Of a stretch of DNA of 28,154 nucleotides, positions 1 to 8,933 are shown in pieces. Each line of letters opens with the position of its first letter. The stretch's first letter is position 1. The notes under the pieces were generated by a model. The model was not told the DNA's origin and did no database searches. It saw only the letters and a list, made by a program, of their open reading frames with translations. A program made the translations under genes and the position numbers. The DNA is from Pseudobacteriovorax sp. (GTDB taxonomy: Bacteria > Bdellovibrionota_B > Oligoflexia > Oligoflexales > Oligoflexaceae), in NCBI GenBank assembly GCA_050293845.1, contig JBNKNM010000054.1, forward strand, positions 1 through 28,154. Direction: 5' to 3'.

Positions 1-429
1 GGTAATTTTGAGGTTTGGGGCTTGGATGTGGAGTACTTTAATCTGAATATGGACCTTTTTGAAAGCGGTAAGAAAACCTGTATTTTGACAACAACATTAC
101 CAGGTCGTGAAGGCTATTATGTTGCCACTAGTGAATTTACTGTCCAGGCCCTCGCATTTGATGTTGAAGGTAAAGCTACACTAAAAGTAAACCACAAGCT
201 TCAAGGCGAACGCTCCTGCTCCAAAAAACAAATTAAAAAGAAGGAAGAGGGGAATTTGCTGGTTAAAAGCAGTGTCGAGGCTAATACAAAGTGTGGTAAA
301 GGAGCTGTCTTTGTTACCAAAATAGAGGTATTGACGCGAAATGCTCAGTTGCTATTAGATCAGGTGATTTCAAATACAGTTTTAGGAACTCAATATAAAT
401 TCAAAAAATGCAAGAATCATAAAGGGTAA
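1..429 (+). CDS. 3' part of a hypothetical protein; frame is open from the window edge
   Basis: Frame 1 has no stop from base 1 (GNFEVWGLDVEY...) to TAA at 427-429, so the TTG start at 22 in the ORF track is probably internal. No recognisable motif. Confidence 0.6.
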   Translation, partial: GNFEVWGLDVEYFNLNMDLFESGKKTCILTTTLPGREGYYVATSEFTVQALAFDVEGKATLKVNHKLQGERSCSKKQIKKKEEGNLLVKSSVEANTKCGKGAVFVTKIEVLTRNAQLLLDQVISNTVLGTQYKFKKCKNHKG

Positions 430-455
430 TAGTGATGGCAGCTTCATCACTATTA
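427..455. terminator. Hairpin between convergent genes, probable terminator
   Basis: Perfect 11-bp inverted repeat TAATAGTGATG-gcagctt-CATCACTATTA starting at the stop codon; no clear U-tract. Confidence 0.45.
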
Positions 456-530
456 GACTTAATACTGTTAATGATGAGGCTTTTGCCGAGGAGAAGGAAG
501 AGAATCAAGTGAAAACTTCGGAGCTGTACT

Positions 531-776
531 TTAGTGCAGCGTAGTTTTATCCTCATCAGAGGCTAGTAGAACTATTGCTGCAGTTGGTAAAGCCAAGCAA
601 GCTAAAATCATAATCATTACCGCTTCAAACCGATCGACTTCTAATGCAATATTGATACTTGTAGTAACAAAGAAAATTATAATCCAAAGAGCTATAACTG
701 TTATAGCTCCAACTAATTTTGTATTAATGTTTCTGAATTTATTCATATGTTTTTCCGTTGTGTATTTCGTTTTCAT
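531..776 (-). CDS. Small hypothetical membrane protein (2 TM helices)
   Basis: Two hydrophobic stretches (LVGAITVIALWIIIFFV; AVMIMILACLALPTAAIVLLA); AGGA upstream of the ATG. Confidence 0.6.
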   Translation of the reverse strand: MKTKYTTEKHMNKFRNINTKLVGAITVIALWIIIFFVTTSINIALEVDRFEAVMIMILACLALPTAAIVLLASDEDKTTLH

Positions 777-1016
777 ACTATCGCATCCTAAGTCATACTT
801 CTTTTGTTTACTGTACGGAAGTAGGTCTTGAAGTAGTGACGAATAAATCTTAGTTGTTAGGAAGTACCCTGTACTTATAGTGATTTGCTAATAAAATCCC
901 TTTAAAAATATTTAATAATAATGCCGCATATTCTTTTTGATCTAAAAACATGATTAGTGGATAATATCACTCATTAATTTCGCAATGTTCACTGGGCTGA
1001 TGGTCTTTTCTATGTC

Positions 1017-1034
1017 CATTTCCATTTGGAAATG
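1017..1034. promoter_or_regulatory. Palindromic candidate operator upstream of the glp ABC operon
   Basis: CATTTCCA-TT-TGGAAATG, a perfect 8-bp inverted repeat about 60 bp upstream of the operon start. Confidence 0.4.
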
Positions 1035-1095
1035 TTATTGCTGACTATAGAAATTACTATTAACTACAAAATATTAATCTTCCAGGAGGGCGATT

Positions 1096-2838
1096 ATGGC
1101 TTATAAAAATAAGTTTCTAATCCTTTTGGCGACCGTATACCTGGGATCTCACTCACCTTTGAGTGCGGGGACTTCAGAAGCTCAAAAATGGATTAACAGT
1201 GAATTCCAACCATCCACTCTCAGCAAAAAAGAGCAAATGACCGAAATGGAGTGGTTTATTAAAGTGTCTCGACCGTTCAAAGGAATGGAGGTTAACGTTC
1301 TTTCAGAAACAATTCCTACTCACGAATATGAATCTAAAGTTCTTGCTAAGGCATTTGCGGACATTACAGGTATCAAAGTGAACCACCAACTTCTTGGCGA
1401 AGGTGAAGTGGTGCAAGCGGTGCAAACTCAGATGCAGACTAAGCGTAATCTTTATGATGGCTATATTAATGACTCAGATTTAATTGGCACTCACTCGCGT
1501 TTGCAACTGGCGGTTAATTTAACCGATTGGATGGCTGGTGCAGCTAAGGCAGTAACCAACCCTGATCTTGATTTAGACGATTTTATGGGTATTAAGTTCA
1601 CTACCGGTCCTGATGGAAAGCTCTATCAGCTTCCCGATCAGCAGTTTGCCAACCTGTATTGGTTCCGCTACGATTGGTTCCAGCGTCCTGACTTAAAGAA
1701 AAAGTTTAAACAGAAGTATGGCTATGAACTTGGAGTTCCTGTGAATTGGTCTGCTTATGAGGATATTGCTGAATTTTTCAGCGTTGACGTAAAAAACATT
1801 GATGGCGTTAGGGTATACGGACATATGGACTATGGAAAGCGCGCTCCTGACTTAGGCTGGCGTATGACCGATGCCTGGTTATCGATGGCAGGGGCTGGCA
1901 GTAAGGGCATTCCCAACGGTCGGCCTGTGGATGAGTGGGGAATTCGCATGGAAGAAGGAACTTGCAATCCCGTGGGAGCTTCGGTGGAGCGTGGGGGAGC
2001 TGCCAATAGTCCGGCGGCGGTATATGCCATACGCAAGTGGGATGAATGGCTGCGCAAGTACGCTCCTCCCGGTGCTGCCAGTTTTGATTTCTATCAGTCC
2101 TTGCCGTCATTAGCGCAAGGTAATGTAGCCCAGCAAATTTTCTGGTACACGGCTTTCACGGCATCCATGGTAGAGCCTCGTAGCAAGGGAAATAATACTG
2201 TCGACAAGAATGGAAAACCACTTTGGCGGATGGCGCCATCTCCTCACGGACCTTATTGGGAAGAGGGGCAAAAGCTGGGATATCAAGATGCTGGTTCATG
2301 GACATTTTTTAAATCCACACCGGAAAAGCGTCGTCAAGCCGCTTGGTTATATGCTCAGTTTGTAGTATCGAAAACGGTTTCTTTGAAAAAAACCCATGTT
2401 GGTCTTACCCCTATTCGCGATAGCGATATGCGTCACGAGTCTTTCACAAAACGCTCCCCTGAACTTGGTGGTTTGGTAGAGTTTTATCGCTCACCAGATC
2501 GGGTATTATGGTCTCCAACTGGAATAAATGTACCTGATTATCCGAAGTTAGCACAGATCTGGTGGCAGCAGATCGGTGATGTAAATTCTGGTGCTTTCAC
2601 ACCACAGCAGGCTATGGATCGCTTGGCGCATGAAATGGATCAGGTGATGTCCCGTATGCAACGAGCCGATGAAAAAGCCAAAACGTACGGAGGATGTGGC
2701 CCTCGCCTTAACAAGAAACAAGATAAAAGCTTCTGGTTGAGCAAGTCAGGTTCACCGAAACCAAAACTAAGAAATGAAAAGCCTAAAGGTATTACCGTTG
2801 ATTATGATGAACTGGTAAAACGTTGGACGGCATCGTAG
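1096..2838 (+). CDS. glpV: Glycerol-type ABC transporter substrate-binding protein
   Basis: Signal peptide; AGGAGG RBS; family motifs SETIPTHEYES, YINDSDLIGTH, QLPDQQFANLYWFR, GWRMTDAWLSMAG, WSPTGINVPDYPKLAQ; operon with two ATPases, two permeases and a DUF2160 protein. Confidence 0.88.
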   Translation: MAYKNKFLILLATVYLGSHSPLSAGTSEAQKWINSEFQPSTLSKKEQMTEMEWFIKVSRPFKGMEVNVLSETIPTHEYESKVLAKAFADITGIKVNHQLLGEGEVVQAVQTQMQTKRNLYDGYINDSDLIGTHSRLQLAVNLTDWMAGAAKAVTNPDLDLDDFMGIKFTTGPDGKLYQLPDQQFANLYWFRYDWFQRPDLKKKFKQKYGYELGVPVNWSAYEDIAEFFSVDVKNIDGVRVYGHMDYGKRAPDLGWRMTDAWLSMAGAGSKGIPNGRPVDEWGIRMEEGTCNPVGASVERGGAANSPAAVYAIRKWDEWLRKYAPPGAASFDFYQSLPSLAQGNVAQQIFWYTAFTASMVEPRSKGNNTVDKNGKPLWRMAPSPHGPYWEEGQKLGYQDAGSWTFFKSTPEKRRQAAWLYAQFVVSKTVSLKKTHVGLTPIRDSDMRHESFTKRSPELGGLVEFYRSPDRVLWSPTGINVPDYPKLAQIWWQQIGDVNSGAFTPQQAMDRLAHEMDQVMSRMQRADEKAKTYGGCGPRLNKKQDKSFWLSKSGSPKPKLRNEKPKGITVDYDELVKRWTAS

Positions 2839-2858
2839 GTGTAATTAGGTACAATATT

Positions 2859-3929
2859 ATGGCGGTTACACTAAGAGGTGTTTCAAAAAAAGTCAGAAAT
2901 GAAACCCATATCTATGGCATAGATTTAAATTTAACCGAAGGTAGTTTTAATGTTTTACTAGGAACAACTTTAGCGGGCAAAACAACTTTGATGCGTATGA
3001 TGGCTGGTTTAGAAAAGCCTACGACAGGGGAGGTTTGGTTTAAAGGTAAAAATGTAACCGGTGTTCCTGTCCAAAAGCGTAGCGTTTCCATGGTTTACCA
3101 GCAATTTATCAATTATCCTCAAATGACTGTATTTGATAATATTGCATCACCTTTAAAATTACAGGGTATGGGAAAAGCGGACATAAAATCTCGGGTTGGT
3201 AAGGTGGCTGAGTTACTGCAAATATCAGCGATACTGGAACGCTATCCACGAAACCTATCAGGTGGCCAACAGCAGCGTACGGCACTGGCGAGAGCGTTGG
3301 TAAAAAATAGTGAGCTGATACTCTTAGACGAACCTCTAGCTAATCTTGATTATAAACTACGCGAAGAGTTGCGCGAAGAGTTACCTAAACTGATGAAAGA
3401 GAGCGGGTCTACAATTGTTTATGCAACGACTGAGCCCAGTGAAGCTTTACTTCTAGGAGGTTCTACTGTTTGTCTATTTGAAGGGCGGGTGACTCAGGTA
3501 GGTCCCGCACTTGAGCTATATCGAAAGCCCAAAGATATTGTATCTGCAAATATATATTCAGAGCCTCCTATGAATCAAGCTATGATCAAAAAAGTTGGTA
3601 ACGAGTTTATTTTAAATGCTACTATTCGTTGGCCGGTGCCAGATAGGTATAAACGGATTCCAGATAGTGACTACATAGCTGGTTTACGACCTCATCATTT
3701 AACACTCACACCTCCCGGTGCAAATCATACGATGATTGCGGGCATTGTTCGGATTGTGGAAATTACAGGATCGGAAAGTATGATTCATGTGACTGTTGCC
3801 AATGCACCATGGATTTCCCTATCCCATGGGGTACATCCATTCCAAGTGGGAGAGCAGGCAACATTATATATGGATATCAATCATTTTTTCTATTTTTATC
3901 CTGATGGTAGGCGGGTGGAAGTCATGTGA
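2859..3929 (+). CDS. glpS: ABC transporter ATP-binding subunit (GlpS type)
   Basis: Walker A GTTLAGKT, VYQQFINYP Q-loop, LSGGQQQR signature, LLDEP Walker B, YATTEP in place of the H-loop. ATG at 2859 preferred over TTG at 2823, which overlaps glpV. Confidence 0.85.
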   Translation: MAVTLRGVSKKVRNETHIYGIDLNLTEGSFNVLLGTTLAGKTTLMRMMAGLEKPTTGEVWFKGKNVTGVPVQKRSVSMVYQQFINYPQMTVFDNIASPLKLQGMGKADIKSRVGKVAELLQISAILERYPRNLSGGQQQRTALARALVKNSELILLDEPLANLDYKLREELREELPKLMKESGSTIVYATTEPSEALLLGGSTVCLFEGRVTQVGPALELYRKPKDIVSANIYSEPPMNQAMIKKVGNEFILNATIRWPVPDRYKRIPDSDYIAGLRPHHLTLTPPGANHTMIAGIVRIVEITGSESMIHVTVANAPWISLSHGVHPFQVGEQATLYMDINHFFYFYPDGRRVEVM

Positions 3930-3976
3930 TGGAGTATACACAAATTATTAACTGTTGAGAGAATGTAGATTATAAA

Positions 3977-5047
3977 ATGGCAACGATTGTTTTTGATAAG
4001 GTTAAGCATAGCTACGTGGCTCACCCTCACGAGCCTACCGATTATGCCTTGCAGAATGTAGATTTCAGTTGGTCTGATGGTGGTGCTTATGCACTGTTAG
4101 GCCCTTCTGGTTGTGGTAAAACAACGCTGCTTAATATTATATCAGGGCTGTTGACCCCTTCGGAAGGTAGAATATTATTTGATGGTCGTGATGTTACGAA
4201 ACTTTCTCCCAATGCCCGCCGTATCGCTCAAGTTTTTCAATTCCCTGTTGTCTATGATACGATGACTGTCTACCAAAACTTGGCATTTCCCTTAAAAAAT
4301 AGGGGCGTTGACCCCTATAATATAGAAAAGCGTGTCATTGAAATAGCTAATATGCTCGACTTAACGGCTGTTCTACATGATCGAGCATCCGGACTAACAG
4401 CTGATGGCAAACAAAAAATATCTTTAGGGAGGGGATTAGTCAGGACGGATGTGAATGCCATTCTATTCGATGAACCACTTACCGTAATCGATCCTCACTT
4501 AAAATGGCAGTTACGGTCGAAACTTAAGCAATTGCATCAGCAGGTCAACGTAACGATGATTTATGTGACACACGATCAGACCGAGGCATTAACCTTTGCT
4601 GACCATGTCGTGGTGATGCATGATGGGCAAATGGTTCAGGTAGGATCACCGGAAGAATTATTCACAAAACCACGGAATACTTTTGTGGGACATTTTATCG
4701 GGTCGCCTGGTATGAACCTGCTACCATGTGACGTGGGGCAAGATGGTCGCATCATTTATGATGGTCATAGTATCAAGTCAGCTCATATAGAGGATTTAAG
4801 TAAAGCTAATGGTGTTATTGAATTAGGTATTCGACCTGAATTTGTTCGTTTTGCAGATCAAGGAATACCTGTTGATATTGTCGGCATCAATGATCTTGGT
4901 CACCGCCGAATTGTAGAATTAAGTTACAAAAGCCTATCATTAAAACTTATCCTCAAGAAGGGCGAGACCTTACCTGCAAACCAGGCTTATATCGACTTTA
5001 AGCGAGACCAAACCCATATCTATGGTGATGGATGGATTATAAACTAG
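3977..5047 (+). CDS. glpT: ABC transporter ATP-binding subunit (GlpT type)
   Basis: Walker A GPSGCGKT, VFQFPVVY, degenerate signature LTADGKQKISLGRG, LFDEPLTVIDP, YVTHDQ. Confidence 0.85.
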   Translation: MATIVFDKVKHSYVAHPHEPTDYALQNVDFSWSDGGAYALLGPSGCGKTTLLNIISGLLTPSEGRILFDGRDVTKLSPNARRIAQVFQFPVVYDTMTVYQNLAFPLKNRGVDPYNIEKRVIEIANMLDLTAVLHDRASGLTADGKQKISLGRGLVRTDVNAILFDEPLTVIDPHLKWQLRSKLKQLHQQVNVTMIYVTHDQTEALTFADHVVVMHDGQMVQVGSPEELFTKPRNTFVGHFIGSPGMNLLPCDVGQDGRIIYDGHSIKSAHIEDLSKANGVIELGIRPEFVRFADQGIPVDIVGINDLGHRRIVELSYKSLSLKLILKKGETLPANQAYIDFKRDQTHIYGDGWIIN

Positions 5048-5058
5048 AGTAGATCTTT

Positions 5059-5925
5059 ATGATTACAAAAACTGAAAATAATCGAGCTTGGTATCTCGTA
5101 ATTCCGGTCATTATATTAATGGCTTTTAATGCATTTATTCCTCTCATGACAGTTGTTAATTACTCTTTTCAAGAAACCTTTGGCGACAATGTTTTCTTTT
5201 GGGAAGGACTGACCTGGTATGAAAATATTTTGCATTCTTCACGCTTCCATGCTGCCTTTTTGCGGCAGCTTGTTTATAGTGCCATCATACTTATTATTGA
5301 AATTCCTTTGGGTATAGCGATAGCTTTGTGTTTACCCCGCAGGGGCTTCTGGGTTTCGGTATGTCTCGTGCTGATGGCCTTACCATTACTCATTCCGTGG
5401 AATGTAGTGGGCGCTATGTGGAATATTTTTGCTTTGCCAGATATTGGTTTATTAGGTTTTTTCCTAAACACAATAGGAATACCCTATAACTTTACACAAA
5501 ACCCAATTCATGCATGGGTAACATTAATCTTAATGGATATATGGCACTGGACGTCGCTTGTCGTGTTGCTCTGTTATGCTGGTTTGCGTTCAATTCCAGA
5601 TGCCTACTATCAAGCTGCCAAGATAGATGGGGCATCAAATTGGTCGATTTTCCAATACATACAGCTTCCCAAAATGAAAAGTGTGTTAATCATCGCTATT
5701 CTATTGAGGTTTATGGATAGCTTTATGATTTATACAGAGCCTTTTGTGTTAACGGGAGGGGGGCCAGGAAACTCTACAAATTTTCTTTCCATTGACTTGG
5801 TTAAAATTGCGTTAGGTCAATTTGATTTAGGACCCGCTGCTGCCATGTCACTCATATATTTCTTGTTTATTCTGTTGGTATGTTGGATTTTTTATACATT
5901 AATGATGAAAAATGAAGTGAAGTAA
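5059..5925 (+). CDS. glpP: Carbohydrate ABC transporter permease (GlpP type)
   Basis: Multiple TM helices, EAA-like loop YYQAAKIDGASNW, LLRFMDSF and LTGGGPG motifs. Confidence 0.85.
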   Translation: MITKTENNRAWYLVIPVIILMAFNAFIPLMTVVNYSFQETFGDNVFFWEGLTWYENILHSSRFHAAFLRQLVYSAIILIIEIPLGIAIALCLPRRGFWVSVCLVLMALPLLIPWNVVGAMWNIFALPDIGLLGFFLNTIGIPYNFTQNPIHAWVTLILMDIWHWTSLVVLLCYAGLRSIPDAYYQAAKIDGASNWSIFQYIQLPKMKSVLIIAILLRFMDSFMIYTEPFVLTGGGPGNSTNFLSIDLVKIALGQFDLGPAAAMSLIYFLFILLVCWIFYTLMMKNEVK

Positions 5926-5928
5926 ACT

Positions 5929-6729
5929 ATGAGCAAGATAAAACTCGCAGCGATATCAGTGTATATTTTTTTTCTTTTACTACCTATATATTGGCTCATA
6001 AGTATGTCTCTAAAGAAAACAACAGAGATATTGGGTGGATTTACTCTATGGCCTCAAGAGCTTACCTTTGAGAGTTACATTACAATTTTTACTGATCCGA
6101 GCTGGTACATCGGGTATGTTAATTCTATCTCCTATGTTGCATTGAACACGGTTATATCGGTCACAGCGGCGTTACCAGCAGCATATGCTTTTTCTCGCTT
6201 CCGATTTTTAGGAGATAAACAAATGTTTTTCTGGCTCTTGACTAATCGTATGGCGCCAGCAGCGGTCTTTGCCTTACCCTTTTTTCAGCTATATTCAGCC
6301 GTAGGCTTTTTTGATACTTATATTGCAGTGGCTTTAGCACATTGCCTTTTTAACATCCCATTGGCAGTATGGATTTTGGAAGGTTTTATGTCGGGCATTC
6401 CCAAAGAGTTGGATGAAACAGCTTTTTTAGATGGTTATTCATTCCCTCACTTCTTTATAAAGATATTTATCCCAACTATAGCGTCGGGCATTGGGGTGAC
6501 GGCGTTTTTTTGTTTTATGTATTCGTGGGTAGAGTTGCTGCTAGCGAAAACCCTGACCTCAGTAGAAGCAAAACCTATTGCAGCTATAATGACTCGGACA
6601 GCCAGTAGTTCAGGGTACGATTTGGGGCTATTAGCAGCGGCTGGATCATTGACTATTATTCCGGGAGCTATTGTGATCTATTTTGTGCGTAACTATATCG
6701 CCAAAGGCTTTGCCCTTGGGCGCGTTTAA
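5929..6729 (+). CDS. glpQ: Carbohydrate ABC transporter permease (GlpQ type)
   Basis: FFWLLTNRMAP, ELDETAFLDG EAA loop, C-terminal YIAKGFALGRV. Confidence 0.85.
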   Translation: MSKIKLAAISVYIFFLLLPIYWLISMSLKKTTEILGGFTLWPQELTFESYITIFTDPSWYIGYVNSISYVALNTVISVTAALPAAYAFSRFRFLGDKQMFFWLLTNRMAPAAVFALPFFQLYSAVGFFDTYIAVALAHCLFNIPLAVWILEGFMSGIPKELDETAFLDGYSFPHFFIKIFIPTIASGIGVTAFFCFMYSWVELLLAKTLTSVEAKPIAAIMTRTASSSGYDLGLLAAAGSLTIIPGAIVIYFVRNYIAKGFALGRV

Positions 6730-6743
6730 AAAAGGGAGCATAT

Positions 6744-7016
6744 ATGACTTGGATGGCGTGGACCTGGCCTGTAGCTACCTTTTTTAGTTTTGTTGTGTTG
6801 GCTATCATCGCTACTGGGATCTGGGAAGTATTCCATGGCGTTGGAGAGAAACGCGGAGCTTGGGGGCTGCATACGACTTGGGGAGATCGCTTGTTTTTAT
6901 CCCTACTTGGTACAGCCTTCATAATGTTGCTTTGGATTGGTTTGGTGAGCACGACTCTTTGGATACCTTTAGGAATTTCCCTTGGATATGCAATTTACGT
7001 CTATAAGTGGGTTTAA
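6744..7016 (+). CDS. glpU: DUF2160 small integral membrane protein of glycerol ABC operons
   Basis: N-terminal WMAWT and T(W)GDRLFLSLLG motif; GGGAG RBS; position after the permeases. Confidence 0.8.
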   Translation: MTWMAWTWPVATFFSFVVLAIIATGIWEVFHGVGEKRGAWGLHTTWGDRLFLSLLGTAFIMLLWIGLVSTTLWIPLGISLGYAIYVYKWV

Positions 7017-7128
7017 TGGAACTTGGCTTATTGATCTAATTTGTTGCACGAACATAGCGAGTCTTTGAACTCTGTTTAACTCTACTTATGGGTAAAAGTC
7101 AGTTCTTTAGGTAGGGGTAATGGACTGT

Positions 7129-7482
7129 TTAACGTCTCTTTTGACGATTTTTATGCTTTTTGGGCGGCAGTGTACCGACAAAAGCTTCCGCCATCGCCAG
7201 CCAATCCGCCAATTTATAACTTTGACAGGCTTCTTCGGTGACATGCACCAGACCACCCATCGGCCTGCCGGTCAGGTCCATTCGCGAGGCGCCGGTTTTT
7301 TTAAGCGCTTCACCTTCCTGCTCCTTACCAACGCGAAACATATAGCGACCCACTTCCACCCCGCACAACATATTGCCATTTAGGAAGAAGCAGACACCAC
7401 CAAACATCTTCTTTTCGGTAATCTCGGGCCTGTCCTTTGCCAGATCGCGAATACGTTGCGCCAGGTGTTCATCATAGGCCAT
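7129..7482 (-). CDS. TfoX N-terminal domain protein
   Basis: MAYDEHLAQRIR...EKKMFGGVCFFLNGNMLCGV and terminal LPPK motif; GGAG RBS; visibly more GC-rich than the flanks. Confidence 0.85.
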   Translation of the reverse strand: MAYDEHLAQRIRDLAKDRPEITEKKMFGGVCFFLNGNMLCGVEVGRYMFRVGKEQEGEALKKTGASRMDLTGRPMGGLVHVTEEACQSYKLADWLAMAEAFVGTLPPKKHKNRQKRR

Positions 7483-7549
7483 GGGTGTTTCTCCAGTAAT
7501 AGGTCAGCAACCCGATGACCAGAACGAGGGTTATCGGTAATCCTGCCAT
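7472..7549 (-). other. 25-codon hydrophobic ORF overlapping the TfoX start (small protein or tail of a clipped upstream gene)
   Basis: MAGLPITLVLVIGLLTYYWRNTHGL*; GGAG 10 nt before the ATG; stop lies inside the first codons of TfoX. Confidence 0.35.
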
Positions 7550-7732
7550 TGCTTGTTTTCTCCGTACCTCTATAATAGAAGTATTATCGACAATCACTTC
7601 TATAAAGCAAGTATTTACTTGTCCTTTGAATTTTCTATCTATACTGCTTTTGCTTTTAACAACGTATAATAGCCAAAGTTAGCTACAGCCTTAGGTTTGG
7701 AGAAACCAGCTGCACCAAAATTGTGAAACGAA

Positions 7733-8833
7733 TTATGTGTCGCCTATGACTGCGACATTAAAAGTCCGAGTACTTTGTGTACCGCAGGAATTGGTGTAGG
7801 TAGTTGTCGCTGTGCAGGAGGCTGTTGGAAAAATGGTTTGTTCCCGGGAACTACCGGACGTTCCGCATCCGTCCCAGCTCCATGAGCCACCACTGATAGG
7901 TTGAGGTCCGAACCTAACTTGAACTCCAGAATTCACTGTAACGCTTGAGGTTTGTTGCCACCAGTCATTGTTTATCTGCACATACGGAGTAATCAATGTG
8001 GGAGTGCAGCCACCAGAGTCTAGTAATGAAAGCATTGTCGTTGCATATCGTCTTCCAAGCTCTCTTTTGCCGCTCAAAGAGAAATGAATTCTGTCTGGCT
8101 CAAGTGCGCAATTATTTGCGGAAACAATATGAGAGTTGGGAAGAACTTGCGGTAGTGTGGCAATGATATTTGAATTCATACCTGAACTGTCACCACCGGC
8201 AAGCTGGCCTGCGAGTAGCGGCGTTGACGTCGGATCCAGGCCCAAGTCGTTTATCATATCGTCATAAATGGTCTTAACTTTTTGTGGCCATTGTGTATCA
8301 CCATAGTTTGATTCTCCTTGGTGTAACAGGATACCTTTTATAACACCATCATTTTTGGCTGAATTGACAAGGTCAATAAGATACTGGTAGGGATAGCCGC
8401 CATAATTATTGTTAACGATGCCTTTCAACCAATCTGCAGCGTTCTCCAAATTAGCCGCATAGTCGTACTTGTCGAACAGCTCGATGGATGCCCCTTCTAC
8501 AGCCACGACAATGACACCGATCCGGATATTTGATGAAAGATTTTCAACCATCGTCCTGCCAAAAAAATCAACGGGAGAAAGGCCAGTATAGCATCGGCTC
8601 AACGGAGGATTGGCTGTATACCAGCTCCCTTTTACCTTTCTTAGGTTTGAGCAATTTACAGCCTGATAAATCTGAAACCTATCGTCTACGGTTCTATCTT
8701 CCACCGGAATGTCACCTCCGCCCACCATATTCGACTGTCCAAAAGCAATGTAAATATGGAAGTTAGCATCCACTCCTTGGGCAAACACATTCGTGCAAAA
8801 CAATGCTATACCTGCCAATAATATATTTCTCAT
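7733..8833 (-). CDS. Secreted carbohydrate esterase family 6 / SASA (SGNH) acetylesterase with a C-terminal Cys/Trp-containing beta module
   Basis: Signal peptide MRNILLAGIALFCTNVFA; FGQSNM, LHQGESN and DRIH catalytic blocks; GGAG RBS supports the ATG at 8833. Confidence 0.85.
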   Translation of the reverse strand: MRNILLAGIALFCTNVFAQGVDANFHIYIAFGQSNMVGGGDIPVEDRTVDDRFQIYQAVNCSNLRKVKGSWYTANPPLSRCYTGLSPVDFFGRTMVENLSSNIRIGVIVVAVEGASIELFDKYDYAANLENAADWLKGIVNNNYGGYPYQYLIDLVNSAKNDGVIKGILLHQGESNYGDTQWPQKVKTIYDDMINDLGLDPTSTPLLAGQLAGGDSSGMNSNIIATLPQVLPNSHIVSANNCALEPDRIHFSLSGKRELGRRYATTMLSLLDSGGCTPTLITPYVQINNDWWQQTSSVTVNSGVQVRFGPQPISGGSWSWDGCGTSGSSREQTIFPTASCTATTTYTNSCGTQSTRTFNVAVIGDT

Positions 8834-8933
8834 AAACTTAATCTCCACACACCATGCAAACCTGTCACAAAAGGTTCGCGCCATTATTCGATAAAAACTA
8901 TATGCAAAATATCAATACATGACCCCATCGCCA

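Noticed and set aside
7072..7133. CTGTTTAAC direct repeat as an attC site
   Set aside because: Both boxes are in the same orientation, so no attC hairpin can form.
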